Below are positions 1 through 12,600 of a DNA stretch of 64,000 nucleotides, piece after piece. Under the pieces are notes generated by a model. The model had not been told where the DNA came from and ran no database searches. It saw nothing but the letters and a program-made list of their open reading frames with translations. This DNA comes from Phoronis australis. Taxonomy: Eukaryota; Animalia; Phoronida. Made by a program: the position numbers and the translations under genes. Location: contig NMRA01000025.1 in NCBI GenBank assembly GCA_002633005.1, positions 1,594,612 to 1,658,611 of the forward strand, read 5' to 3'. The stretch's first letter is position 1. Every line of letters begins with the position of its first letter.

Positions 1-526
1 TGTGTTTCTGTGCCGGAAATTATGTACAAAGTATGAAACACCACATTTTCCAAGATAAGCAAAATTACCTTAATGGGTAAATTTTAAACTGAGAACATTC
101 AATTTTCAATCTTTGGTCTTGTGAGACTTTCATGTCAGAAAAAGTTGTTTTTTAGGTCAATAATAAAATCATGCTTTTGGTACAAAGTAAAAAGATGCAG
201 AAAAGAACTGATGCTCAGCACATTCACATTCAACAGACACACAGTCAAGCCTTAAACAAAGGCAAAATGAAAGGGCCACGTCAAAAATGTTCTCTTTAAG
301 GTATAAATTAAAATGAAGAATTTTCTCGATTGTGTTATTTGCAACAAAATTAAACAGCCCAAACATTAAAAGTTCAAAAATAAAATACCTTACCAGCCTA
401 CCCACCTATCTCAGATGAGCGAGGGTGGGGCGACAAAAAAAATTTAGGGATGTACGAATAAAAATTACCTTTTGCTTATGATACAGCTAAGCATTTAATA
501 TGACTTGTCAATTTTTATAACCTTAC

Positions 527-682
527 CATAGTGGATTCCTCTCGACTCAGAATAAGAAACGCATGCCGTTCCTCAGAGTCACCCTCCAATTTCTCTTCAG
601 ACGAAGATGGACCAATCACAGTCCACATGTCGAGGCAGCCTGGGAGTTCAAAGGTCGTCACCACCTGTGGCCTGATGGATCG
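527..682 (-). CDS. CPSF1: CPSF1 coding exon 14
   Basis: [52 protein letters not shown]. Confidence 0.93.
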
Positions 683-3600
683 CTACAAAACGAAACAGCA
701 TAAGAACTATTGGAATACAAGCACATTACTAACAATTGTTGTCGAGATCAGAATGTTACCTAAATTACCATGTGATCCGCAAAGGAGAGTTAGATGGTCA
801 CACTATAGTAAAATATGTCATTAGTGCCATTTTCGCATCATACTCATATATACGGTGTTTAATAGAAATGAAAATCAGTTACCTCCTGTCGTCCTATGTA
901 AATATCCTGATGATGTCTAACGAATAGACGAAACGTTGATTTATTATGAACTTCTTCATTTGTGCGGCGATCGTCTGATTTTAAATCTCCTGTTTTTACA
1001 TCATGCTCATGAATACGGTGTTTAATAGAAATGAAAATCAGTTACCGCTCGTTTTCACATCTCGAAAAATTATAAGAAGTATTTGACTTGCAGTTTTAAT
1101 TCGTTAACAAATCATAACAATGCTACATTATATATATCAAACACTATATCCTGCATGTAACGTAATGTAATTCTCATCCCTCAGTTTGCTTACTAGAACC
1201 AGTAGTCAATATCTTATCTCGAGAGAGACATCGCTTGTTAAAACAAGTCATCCTTGTGACACCTAATGGGCCAGGTTGACAAATCGACAAATCGTCCTGT
1301 TCCTTAACCATTGAAATTCAGTTAACAAGTGCGTTTATCTGATAAATTAATTTTATCCTTAACACTTCTACAAACAGCATTAAGAAATTTCATTATTACG
1401 GAACTGAAGGCTGTGTCTCGCCTAATCACTTGTTTCTTACGTTTTCGTCAATATGAGGCATCACGTGCACTAGAGAACACCCAAAGAGTTCTCTTACCAA
1501 TACATATAAGTTTTATTTATGATGGCAGTATGGCTACTTGTCAAATTACGGAAAAGTGTGTTCACATACCCGACGTGACAAGAGCAAAAGTGTGTTCACA
1601 TACCCGACGTGAAAAGAGCAAAAGGGTGTTCACACTTCTGACGTGACAAGAGCAAAAGCAGCACATCTGTACTTGTACATAAGCAGCTCATAATTACTAA
1701 CAATTATTGGGAGACAATAAATTCAACAGATGGCACTTGTGAGCCAAAGGTCCTAACCACCTTCATAATCATCATTCATTGTACACCGTAGGCATTGCCT
1801 ACTCATATATAAATACATAAATTCAAATGTATATTCAGAGTATTTACACAAAGAGTAGTTCTTCTCTTAAAGCCATATCCTTCTGAATATACAATGCAAG
1901 GCGCTGGATACTGTCATGATTTTTCTTTTGAAATATAACAAGAGAAAACAGTCACAAGTTCTGGTAGAAGATTTTTTTAAGGTCTCCAAGAGCAGAGCAT
2001 CGACACATGAAATGAGGCTCATCTTCAATTTCACCCAGACTGCATGTGCCGCATATTCACTCTACCCATACAATTTCATGCGTTCAGGTAATCACAAAAG
2101 ACCGTTAGCCCACAGATGCCCTTTTGCTTATGAACTGTGCTCTGCCCTCAGTATATTCAGGTGTTAAACAGAGGAGTGTATATTCACTAGCGCCACACGG
2201 TGAGTATTAAGTCCCCAATTAATAAGTATGTTTTCAGTCACCTGCACAACTGTCAGAGCTCCATTCTTGCTATAGCCCGATGTGGTCACCAGTTCAATGT
2301 CTGGGTCAACGGATGTGTTGAACTCTTCCGAGAGAAACGCTGGCTCACCCATCACCATGCGGCCACAGGGGCCTATGTTGGTAATGCTGTCGCACACCTG
2401 TTTAGAAACATGGCACACCTGATTAACAACAAAGAAAGGTAACACGCAGGAACCACTAACAACTGGCTTTGATTTAATACAACATGTGGAGTTACTGGAA
2501 ATTCAGGGGCATCACTGACCACACTAAGGCTACCTACCCTCTGGAAAAATATCAGTATAAACCAAGGCATATTAATGAACCAATTTCAGAGTTACTTACT
2601 ATCTATTATTTTGACAAGCTCCTATAAATCATTGCTCGATTCGATTTCCCACAAAAATGTGCTTTTCTGCTAATGTAGCGAACTAACTCAAACGTAAAAC
2701 CCTACTGTGCTCAAAATTATCGATAAAACAGTGTATGAGATATCAATACACTCAGTCTTCTGGACATTTGGAACAGTGGCTTTCATGAGTGTTCCTAGAA
2801 CACTTAAAACATTACTTCAACCTATTAATTAGCAAGTGCAGAGCTTGCAAAATACAACTTTGTGGATGCACATCGCAAGTGAATGAGATCAAGATATTTT
2901 TTAAAACAAAAACGTTTCAATTACATATCATGACCCTTGACTGTGACCAACATTGGCAAGTATCTGGCACTAACATGAGGCTATTTCAACCCAGATATTG
3001 GAATAGAAATGGACAGTCACATCAAGTTATCAAAAATTTTGCACGTCTCGGGTTTTTTCTGAATCAAATAACCACGGGGCAATTTAGCACTTGAAATTTC
3101 TTGTGAAATTTTTATATTTAAAAAAGGTTTGTACTGACAATAATTGCACTCATTGTATACTTCTGTCGAGTTCAGAAGGATTACAATTCACTGGTCCATG
3201 GCCAAATAATAATTTCTGAAGTGCTTAGTAATTTACAGCGCTACATAAATCTGGCCTTGTTATAATTATTGCTTTTGCTTCTAGCATTTTAATTTTCTTT
3301 AACTAGGTCCAAAACATCAACATGACATCACACTAAACAAGCGAATTGCCAACGCATAACATAATGAAACAAAATGTTGCCATATTTTGAAATATGAAAT
3401 CAATAAACCACACTTTATGAAAAACATACCTCAAATATGTAAGAGGTAATCTGCGTTCCTGATGTAGCCTCCGTGCCGTAGACTTCCAACTCATCAATAT
3501 CATCCAACTGTGAAATGTCCGAGGCTGAAAATAGTAAAAACATAACAGATATGTTTTATTAAAAGTTTTCAAAATGATCTTGTACTCATTTGTGTTAACA

Positions 3601-6600
3601 TTACTTTAATAAAAACAACTTGTTTTTAATTGTGACATGTTTCATGATAACCGTCCAATATCTTCAGATGCTAACTGGCACTGTGCAATTCCTGCTTTTG
3701 TTGTAACTCTATGCTGAACAGATAACTTTCCTGTGCCATTCCTGCTTTTGTTGTAACTCTATGCTGAACAGATAACTTTCATGTGCTATTCCTGCTTTTG
3801 TTGTAACTCTACTGAACAAATTTTCATTGTATGCAGCTTTGTTGAGCTCGTCACTTGAGAATAAACTCCTGAAGATGTGGGACGGTTCCCATGAAACATA
3901 TAACATTCACAAACCGATTGTTGTTTTTATTAGAAAACATTAGAAATGGTAGTAAAAACAAAAATATAAAAAATATAGTACAAAGCTCAAAGTACAAAAG
4001 CAAAACAGCAACAAAATAGTTAATGCACACAGTGCCATACCCATCCAATCCCCCATTGTGTCCAGTCTTTTCTTCTTAGATGGTGGTTCTTTGTTGTTTG
4101 TAGCCGTGTCCTGTTGACAAAACAAAATCACCTAGTAAATATCCTTCCTTACTGTAGTTCAGAACAGTAGTCGTTCTCCGTCAAGTTTAGTTTTGAGGTC
4201 ACATACGATCTTAATGACAAGTGCGTGAATTCACCCAGTACCTACAAAACTATATATTTTAAATCAGAAAAAGTTCATATATTCTGAAAGTAAAAGCCCG
4301 TAGAATTTGATTTTTGACTTTTCACCAATCTGCCATTGATTGAGTCAGGAGATCATTAACTTTCTTTTCAATAAAATGTAGCGAAAAAGAAGGAACAATA
4401 ATAAACAACAACAATACCATGACCAAATTTCGTTAATATTTAAGATGAAACCTGAAAAATGCTGTAACATTTTTCTAAATTATATTTCGATTTTGTTTTG
4501 AGCAATTTTTTATTTTTTTCATGAAAATCATAAAGGTCCAACGATATGGTAGCCAACCATAGAAAAGAGGACCATTTTAAAGACAATTCCTTTCGCTTCA
4601 CTAACTTATAAACAACTAATAGTCACCCCAGAGTGGTTCCATTTCACAACTGCACTTGTCCATGCCTGAACTCGTAATTAAATTACATTACAAATCAGTT
4701 ATCTATCGACAAATTGGATTAAACTAAACACCAGCCAACAAACCCATGACTTCCTAATCATACCGTAACAGTACTTAAGACGTCCCCTCCCTCTGTGGCC
4801 TTCTCAGTGTACTTCAAAAGGAGTGAGTTACCAAGTCTGGATCCCAGGAACAGATAGCCCTCTTCACACATGCACATCTAGTGGAGGGAAGGTTTTATAC
4901 AGTATACAGCTGAGCAACACATCACTTGAAAACTTTATAGGGGTCTATGCGTATGTGACAATCCTAAGTAAGCAAACTAAAGCCATATTCTATTGTACGT
5001 AATGTTTCAATTATTCAGAGTTCAATGATCTACAAATGACCAATGGTAGAAATGTTGATAAAAACAGTAGGAAACAAACACATTCAACTGATATAGGAAA
5101 GCAGATCAGTTTCAAAATTGATTTTACTAAATTGCATTATCAGTTTTGCAAACAACCTCTCATGAAAAACAATATTTCATTTCTAATTTTGATTATGCAT
5201 GGTACTTAAACAGTTTTCATAGGATAAACTCAGTCCATTACTCACACAAGTAGTCAAAACACTGGCTGCTGCCTTGTCAAAGTTGAATCCCCGCACACAC
5301 CTCATTCCATCCACCAGGAGAGTGAGGACATATCTAAAATCAAATTCAACACATTGTACATTAGTACCAATATCAGCATCAATATCAGCATCAATATCAG
5401 TATCACTATCACTACACCTCAATCGTCAAATAACGGTTGCATCATATTAGTATCAGAATGAGTATCAAGATCAGTACCACACTACTCAAAACACCAGCTG
5501 ATTACCTTTACAAAAATATATTTCTATTCTAGATGCAGTCAATGCATAACTACCAAAATTGCATTGTTCGTAACCTATGAACTTGAGAAAGATTTTTTTC
5601 AGAGCGGGCACACTTACAGTTCCCCACCCTTCAGGGACATGACTATTTTGTCATCGTCTATAAATGCAGCCTTACAGCAGTCCAAGGCCATTCTGACACC
5701 ATCTTGTTTTCCTGCAAACAAGAACAACCAGCTCTCACAAGGTAATCTTTAAAATTTGACGAACGATACAAAATAAAAGTAAAAGTAAAGTAGCACGAGA
5801 TTAAGCCTATGTAAAACTAGACATCAGTCTTGTCTCCCTTTAAATGCATAATAAACAAATTTACAGATACACCACACTTCAGCATCATGTTCATAAATTT
5901 GACTACACTTGGTGCCACATAATATCTTTCAAGAAGGATTTGTAAAAGGGACATTACGAGCAATAATGAAATTCAGTGTTAAACTGAACACAAACAGGAC
6001 TTAGCCTCTCAACAGAAACAGGACTTAGTCTGAATGTTTGCCTACTTAAATCATCACTGAATGTACAGAGCATCGAAGTCTCATAAATGGAGCTCTCTTA
6101 TCAATTCTATGCACTGAAGGTAAATTTCAAAACACATGAGAGATTTAAAAATAAGAAAAGCACAAAACTTACTACATATGTGAGTATATGGATGAGTTTC
6201 GTGTAATAAGTAATAAGCAAGACTCACTGAGAGGGAAGTTGGTGGATCCATCAGTGATGCTGTTCAATGACACTCCATATGGTGGAACACTCTGATTCAG
6301 GTATAACAATGAGTTGACAGCCAGAACTAGGGCGCCACCTGTAGGAATGAACTATTTCTTGAAACTTGGGCTACATTTCATAACTTGACTCTAATGTAAA
6401 TACATTTAATGTAAGTCATATATTCATTTTTAGGCAACAGAAATGTTTGTGGGTCTTTGATAAATGTGCACTTAAAGGCACACACCTTAGAGTTTTGCCA
6501 ACTGTTACAAGCTAAACCAGAAGCAGTTCACATTTAGTTGTAAATTCAACTTTCAAGCCGATTATTTACACTTGGAGCTTCACAATAAGAAAAATAATGA

Positions 6601-9600
6601 GGCTCTTGAAACTCGATTTGAAGAGCAACTGAAAAAACACTTGGCTAACACATCAACATCAACATGGTATCAACACGCATCACAGGTCAAGGTCATGACA
6701 CATTGCGATCTACATAGGTACATCATGCCCGCTAATACCATACATACCTATAGGCTTGGGCACAGCTATAGCCTGTTGACAGTCAAATGGCAGTTGGTCT
6801 ATGGACCAAATAATGGGATGAAGTTTCTCTTGCATGTTGAGTGAGATGGCAGCAATACAGCACGTGTCCATGCGGACGGCTATCCTCCTGTTTCATACAG
6901 GTAAAGCACTTCATTAACATGAGAATACAGTTTGTACACCAGGTAAGACATAAGCAGCCAATTTCATAGAGGTGGTTTAACAAAACCAGGTTTAATACTT
7001 AAACCTGGTCTTCCTAAACCTGGTCTAATTTTAGACCTAACTTCCATTTCACCAACATGTTTAAAAGTTCGATAGCCTGGTATTGTTAAACCATGAAGCC
7101 CGTTCGGTAAAACTAGGTTTAAAGTATCCAAGCCACCCTAGAGAGTTGATCCGGATTAACTCAACAAAGAAACTATTGAAGTGTTTCAATGAAACCTTGA
7201 TCACATGGGTACACAATGGCACACAGCAGTAGAATCAGTGCAGACATTTGTGAAAAAGGGCTAGAACTTTTTCTCATGAGGAAAAATGTTCCCTCCCAAA
7301 ACTGATCAGAGAAAAAGCCAATGTCATAGTCGAGAACAAGAAAATTGGTGCCAAATCTAGTCAACGTAAGCAGTAGATTTGGAGAGAAATTGATCCAGAA
7401 TAAAGGCCAGAAAGAAAATTTCATCAGTGAAAAAATTGCAAAGAAAAATGGCAAGGGACCCAGTGGCAGATCTAGGATATCATGAGGAGATAATTTTCAT
7501 TTTGTATCGGCTGTGTCCAACACAAGTATACACATTAAAGTACTTGCTCACAATTAAACGCAACATAGTAAATGCACACATTCATTTCCAAGTAATTTTA
7601 CTTTTTTGCGGCAAAGGGGGGCACATGAGCAGATCCAGGATTTTGAGTTAGGGGAGCCAGGGCAGAATATTAGCCAGGATTTTGCCCATCAGACATTTGC
7701 ATCCCCGAACTGCCAAATGGAATCTGGGCAAATTTCAGGAGGGTCATGGCCCCCTTGGCCCCCCCTCTAAATCCACCACTGGGGCAGGATCCATGCCCGG
7801 CAACTGTATATCGGTGACCACTTGAGATGGAACTCGGCCACAACAATCATTAGATCAGGGCTTGGAATGACCAATGACACAAAACGCGGAAACTTTTACG
7901 GCCCAAGTCATGCCCGATAACCAGCCTTTGAAATGGTCAATGTGAACCTTTCCGCGACAAAAATCTGGAGGACTAAAAAAAAAAAAAAAAAAAACGTTAC
8001 CACCATCAGTAGCATGCGTCTGCGTCCTTTTAGCTCGCCCGTCCACTCCCAACCCACACAATTTTGGCTGCAGAGCGGTAGTATTTGTCGCCGCGCTTAA
8101 CAATAACACGAGCCGCCATTGAAAATCACACCACGCTTTACCCAAATGCCCCGGCAATGTTGACAATTTACGTTCCTCCGAAACAAGAGCAACTTCCGCT
8201 TTCCGAGGTGAACGTCGTCTGCAACGCCGCGGTAAGAAAGGATTTGCAGCGGAAATTTCATATCAAATCCGATTTTTTTACGCGGAAATATTATACAAAA
8301 AGCGGAAAGCACATTTCAAAAAAGCGGAAATCCGCGTTTCCGCGGAAAATTCCAAGCCCTGTTAGATGCCTTTTTAGTCAGATGCGTAGCACTTACAATG
8401 ATGACGCTCTGCTCGAACCGTCACATTCTGAGAAAATACAAAGGGCACCCTTCAGTATGTATTGGTCTTCGTATATGCGGATCCAGGGGTTCAAGGGGTC
8501 TGGACCACTTTTTCCCCTTGATTTTAGTGATATCAAATCTATAATTTCCAAATTGTTGACCCAGGCCCTCCTTTTAAAAATCCTTGATCCGACCCCTCCC
8601 CCCTCTTTAAAAGTTCTTGGTCCCCTCTGTTACGTTTATCTTGGGGCGTCCTAAAACTGAATATTGAAAATAGTCCGTTCTCGCTCTTTAAATGCGTTGT
8701 AAATGCACACCACAGCATCATTCAGTTGCACCTATGTGGTATCATACAAGTCTGCCATATTTAATAGTATTAAACCTGGGTCTGACCAAGTCTAAAGTTA
8801 AACCTGGTTTAAGATCTTAATACAAGTCTAAGTAATATATACCTCATTGGTGAAATGAAAACTGACTTAGACCAGGTCTAAACTGGAGTTAAAACAGGTT
8901 TTACTAAACCACTGGTCTAAAAGTTAAACTACCTTTATGAAATGCAGATTATCTTTAAACCTGGTCTAAGTCCACTTTAAACTAGGTTTAACTTTAAACC
9001 ACATTTATGAAATCAGCTGAAGAGGTTTAAACCAATAAGATTCAGACGTATAATTGAATGCCCACACATTCCTTGGATATAATAAGTGTCCCAACCCATT
9101 CTGTTAGCAGTTTTCATATCTTTTTGATACTGTGAACAATTGCAAAATCAAAACACAACACATAATAACAATATTTCTTAATGTAACAGCTAAAGGTGGA
9201 TTATTAAGAACATACCGTTAACTTGCAGGTTAATGCCCTAGACGCTTAAATTGGGAAACCTTGAGACAGAAGGTGAGCGATTACCCAAGCCATGGGCGCT
9301 TAAAATGAAAAATTGGCAAAAAGTCGGGGGTGGGCAATTACCCAAGCAGTGGGCGCTTACATCCAAGTTTTAGCCGAACTGGGCAAGCTCGCGGGGTGTT
9401 CATTCCTGGACGGAACTTGTAAGTTCAGTCAAACAGCGGAACCCGACAACCACAAAGATTCTTACGGATCAAACAGAAACAGGATTTCGACTATGTTTGA
9501 AGTTGAAAATTAATGCGACAGCGATACGCAACAGATCAGGCCTAATATTTGCGAGGCGAACTCGTCAAACTTGTACGCATGAATAGCAGCACAGTCTGAT

Positions 9601-12600
9601 CGAGATTATTATTTCTCACTGCGAGTTTACTGACGTGTAACTAATAATGAGTCTGCGTACAAATATGTGGGCCATAAAAATGCAAGGGAAGGGGTGGAGA
9701 AAAAATGAAATAACTGCATGCTCCGTGGTCGCCACCAAGTTAGCGTCGTATAGAGGCATTCCTGAAAGCTCCTGTGGGTAATTCCCGGTACGGGTTTTTA
9801 ACATTTTTTCTTTCACCTACAGCCAGAATACCGGGGCGGCCGTAACATAAAATCAGGGCAACAAATCAGTAACTTAATTGGTAGGTTTTAAAAAAATTGC
9901 ACTGGGTGCATGTTTGGAGCACACGACCCAAGACTATCGTGGTTCAAGGAATGGGAGGACATTCATTTGGTTGGCTATCAATATCAATTTATGCACCCAA
10001 AACACTTCTGTGTCCTGTGCGGTTGTCATCAAAAATTACGCCACATCGTCACAAGGGGGCGTCCACATTTAATCTCTGAATGATGACTAATCTCGTAGTA
10101 GACAAGCGCCACTTCTATTAAAATCTACGGACTAGGCCTATATTGATTTAACAAAAGATCAGTTGATAAGTTTAAAAAAGGCATTTGCAGCGCTTGAGTT
10201 ATTCGACAAACGTCACCTGAAAAACATACTTTTCAAGACGTATGTAAGCAGGTGTAAGCACACGGTATTTCCGCAAACACGGAAGTCTGTGACGGAGGTG
10301 AAGCTGTGAATAAAAGCACGAGTTCAAGTGCAAGTTCTGTAACCGGTAAGTTGGGATGGGCGATTGCCCAAGCACAAGGCGCTTAAACTGAAAATTGACA
10401 AAAAGTCGGGGAGGGGCGATTACCCGGGCATGGGCGTAAACCCGCGAGTTTACGGTATCTCAATTTTCCACAGAACCTCTACTTTCCACCAAAAAGACAC
10501 TCATACTTAAATTTGGCCTAGGCGAGTAGGGCATGGTGCGATTCTCTAGCACAAAATACTGGCAACGTTCAGAAAAAACTTTCATTTGAAGCTGCATTCA
10601 AGACAACTTTCAATAGAATTAACAGAGTGAGTACAAAGTGACAAGCAAATAATGTAAGTTAATGAATCAATCCCCTATGATCTGTACTCCTAACTCATGT
10701 TCAATCAACCAATCAAGAATCCCCATTAATCAACCATACCCAGTCCATGTCCTGATTGGCTCATACAAGATGAAGACCGTGGGTTCGTAGTAACCATGCA
10801 AGAACTGAATATCCTGAACATTGGTGATTTTTTCGTCCAGATGGCGAAGGTCGATGTGATATGAGGACATGAACGGAGATTTACTGAAAGACAGTGATAT
10901 TTTGAGAAATAAAACACGTGATGCTACTCAGGAAGAATTTCGCAAAAAGATAGTTTCACAATATATTATCATTATTATGGAAAAAACAGGTGCCACACAT
11001 GGGAAGGGCCATACTAAGACACGCATCATATTATCAACAGCTGAAGGTTTAACACAAATTTTGTTACCACGGAATCGTCCTGTTTAGTCAAGTTAATTTC
11101 CCAAATCATTTTTGAGATCACACAATAACAACTATATTAAATTTGACAGCTGTGAAACTCGGGTAATTCATTCTTTTCATGAGATGAGAAGTATTGCCGC
11201 AAGTGCAGCCAGATAATCTTTATTAACAGCTGCAAGGGCAATACCACACACAGTTCATAGTACAATACCACACACAGTTCATAGTACAATACCACACACA
11301 GTTCATAGTACAATNNNNNNNNNNNNNNNNNNNNNNNNNNNNNNNNNNNNNNNNNNNNNNNNNNNNNNNNNNNNNNNNNNNNNNNNNNNNNNNNNNNNNN
11401 NNNNNNNNNNNNNNNNNNNNNNNNNNNNNNNNNNNNNNNNNNNNNNNNNNNNNNNNNNNNNNNNNNNNNNNNNNNNNNNNNNNNNNNNNNNNNNNNNNNN
11501 NNNNNNNNNNNNNNNNNNNNNNNNNNNNNNNNNNNNNNNNNNNNNNNNNNNNNNNNNNNNNNNNNNNNNNNNNNNNNNNNCCCCCCCCTTTAAAAGTTCT
11601 TGGTCCTCTCTGTTACGTTTATCTTGGGGCGTCCTAAAACTGAATATTGAAAATAGTCCATTCTCGCTCTTTAACTGCGTTGTAAATGCACACCACAGCA
11701 TCATTCAGTTGCACCTATATCGTACAAGTCTGCCATATTTAATAGTATTAAACCTGGGTGTGACCAAGTCTAAAGTTAAACCTGGTTTGAGATCTTAATA
11801 CAAGTCTAAGTAATATGAAAACTGACTTAGACCAAGTCTAAACTGGAGTTAAACCAGGTTTTACTAAACTGGTCTAAAAGTTAAACCACCTTAAGATTAT
11901 GAAATGCAGATTATCTTTAAACCTGGTCTAAGTCCACTTTAAACTAGGTTTAACTTTAAACCACATTTATGAAATCAGCTGAAGAGGTTTAAACCAATAA
12001 GATTCAGAGGTACAATTGAATGCCCACACATTCCTTGGATCTAATAAGAGTTCCAACCCATTCTGTTAGCAGTTTTGAAAACTGCTAACAGAATGGGTTG
12101 AAACTCTTATTTCATATCTTTCTGATACTGTTAACAGTTGCGAAAATCAAAATACAACACATAATAACGATATTTCATAATTTAACAGCTAAAGGTGGAT
12201 TATTAAGAACATACCGTTAACTTGCAGGTTAATGCCCTAGACGCTTAAATTGGGAAACCCTGAGACAGGGGGTGAGCGATTACCCAAGCAATGGGCGCTT
12301 AAAATGAAAAATTGGCAAAAAGTCGGGGGTGGGCAATTACCAAAGCAGTGGGCGCTTACATCCAAGTTTTAGCCGAACTGGGCAAGCTCGCGGGGTGTTC
12401 ATTCCAGGACAGAACTTGTAAGGTCAGTAAAACAGCGGAACCCGACAACCACAAAGTTTCTCACGGCTCAAACAGAAACAGGATTTCGACTTTGAAAGGG
12501 TGATTTCAAGAGAACGTTGCTAAAAACTCTGATGTTTTCAAATATATTAGCACGCTGCAAAACGTCATACCACGGAGCTTCATGAAACTCGAATTGCAGT

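Larger units (their letters stand above)
6955..9018. mobile_element. Non-autonomous TIR DNA transposon with subterminal aaacc(t/a)ggttt arrays (PIF/Harbinger-like), carrying nested insertions
   Basis: Imperfect TIRs cagccaatttcatagaggtggttt / aaaccacatttatgaaatcagctg; both ends flanked by aag (possible 3-bp TSD); many short palindromic motifs at both ends. Confidence 0.6.

Noticed and set aside
3190-3350. Similarity to 61440-61600 (and of 46240-46415 to 59480-59632) as conserved regulatory elements
   Set aside because: Diverged dispersed copies in a repeat-rich genome are more simply old transposon fragments
8085-8654. 189-aa ORF on the plus strand
   Set aside because: Starts at a non-ATG codon, crosses the boundary of a MITE into unrelated repeat sequence, and shows no recognisable domain
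9016-9045. Other CTGAnGA heptamers (9016, 22090, 39405, 46506, 59164) as hammerheads
   Set aside because: No stem II closed by a correctly placed GAAA
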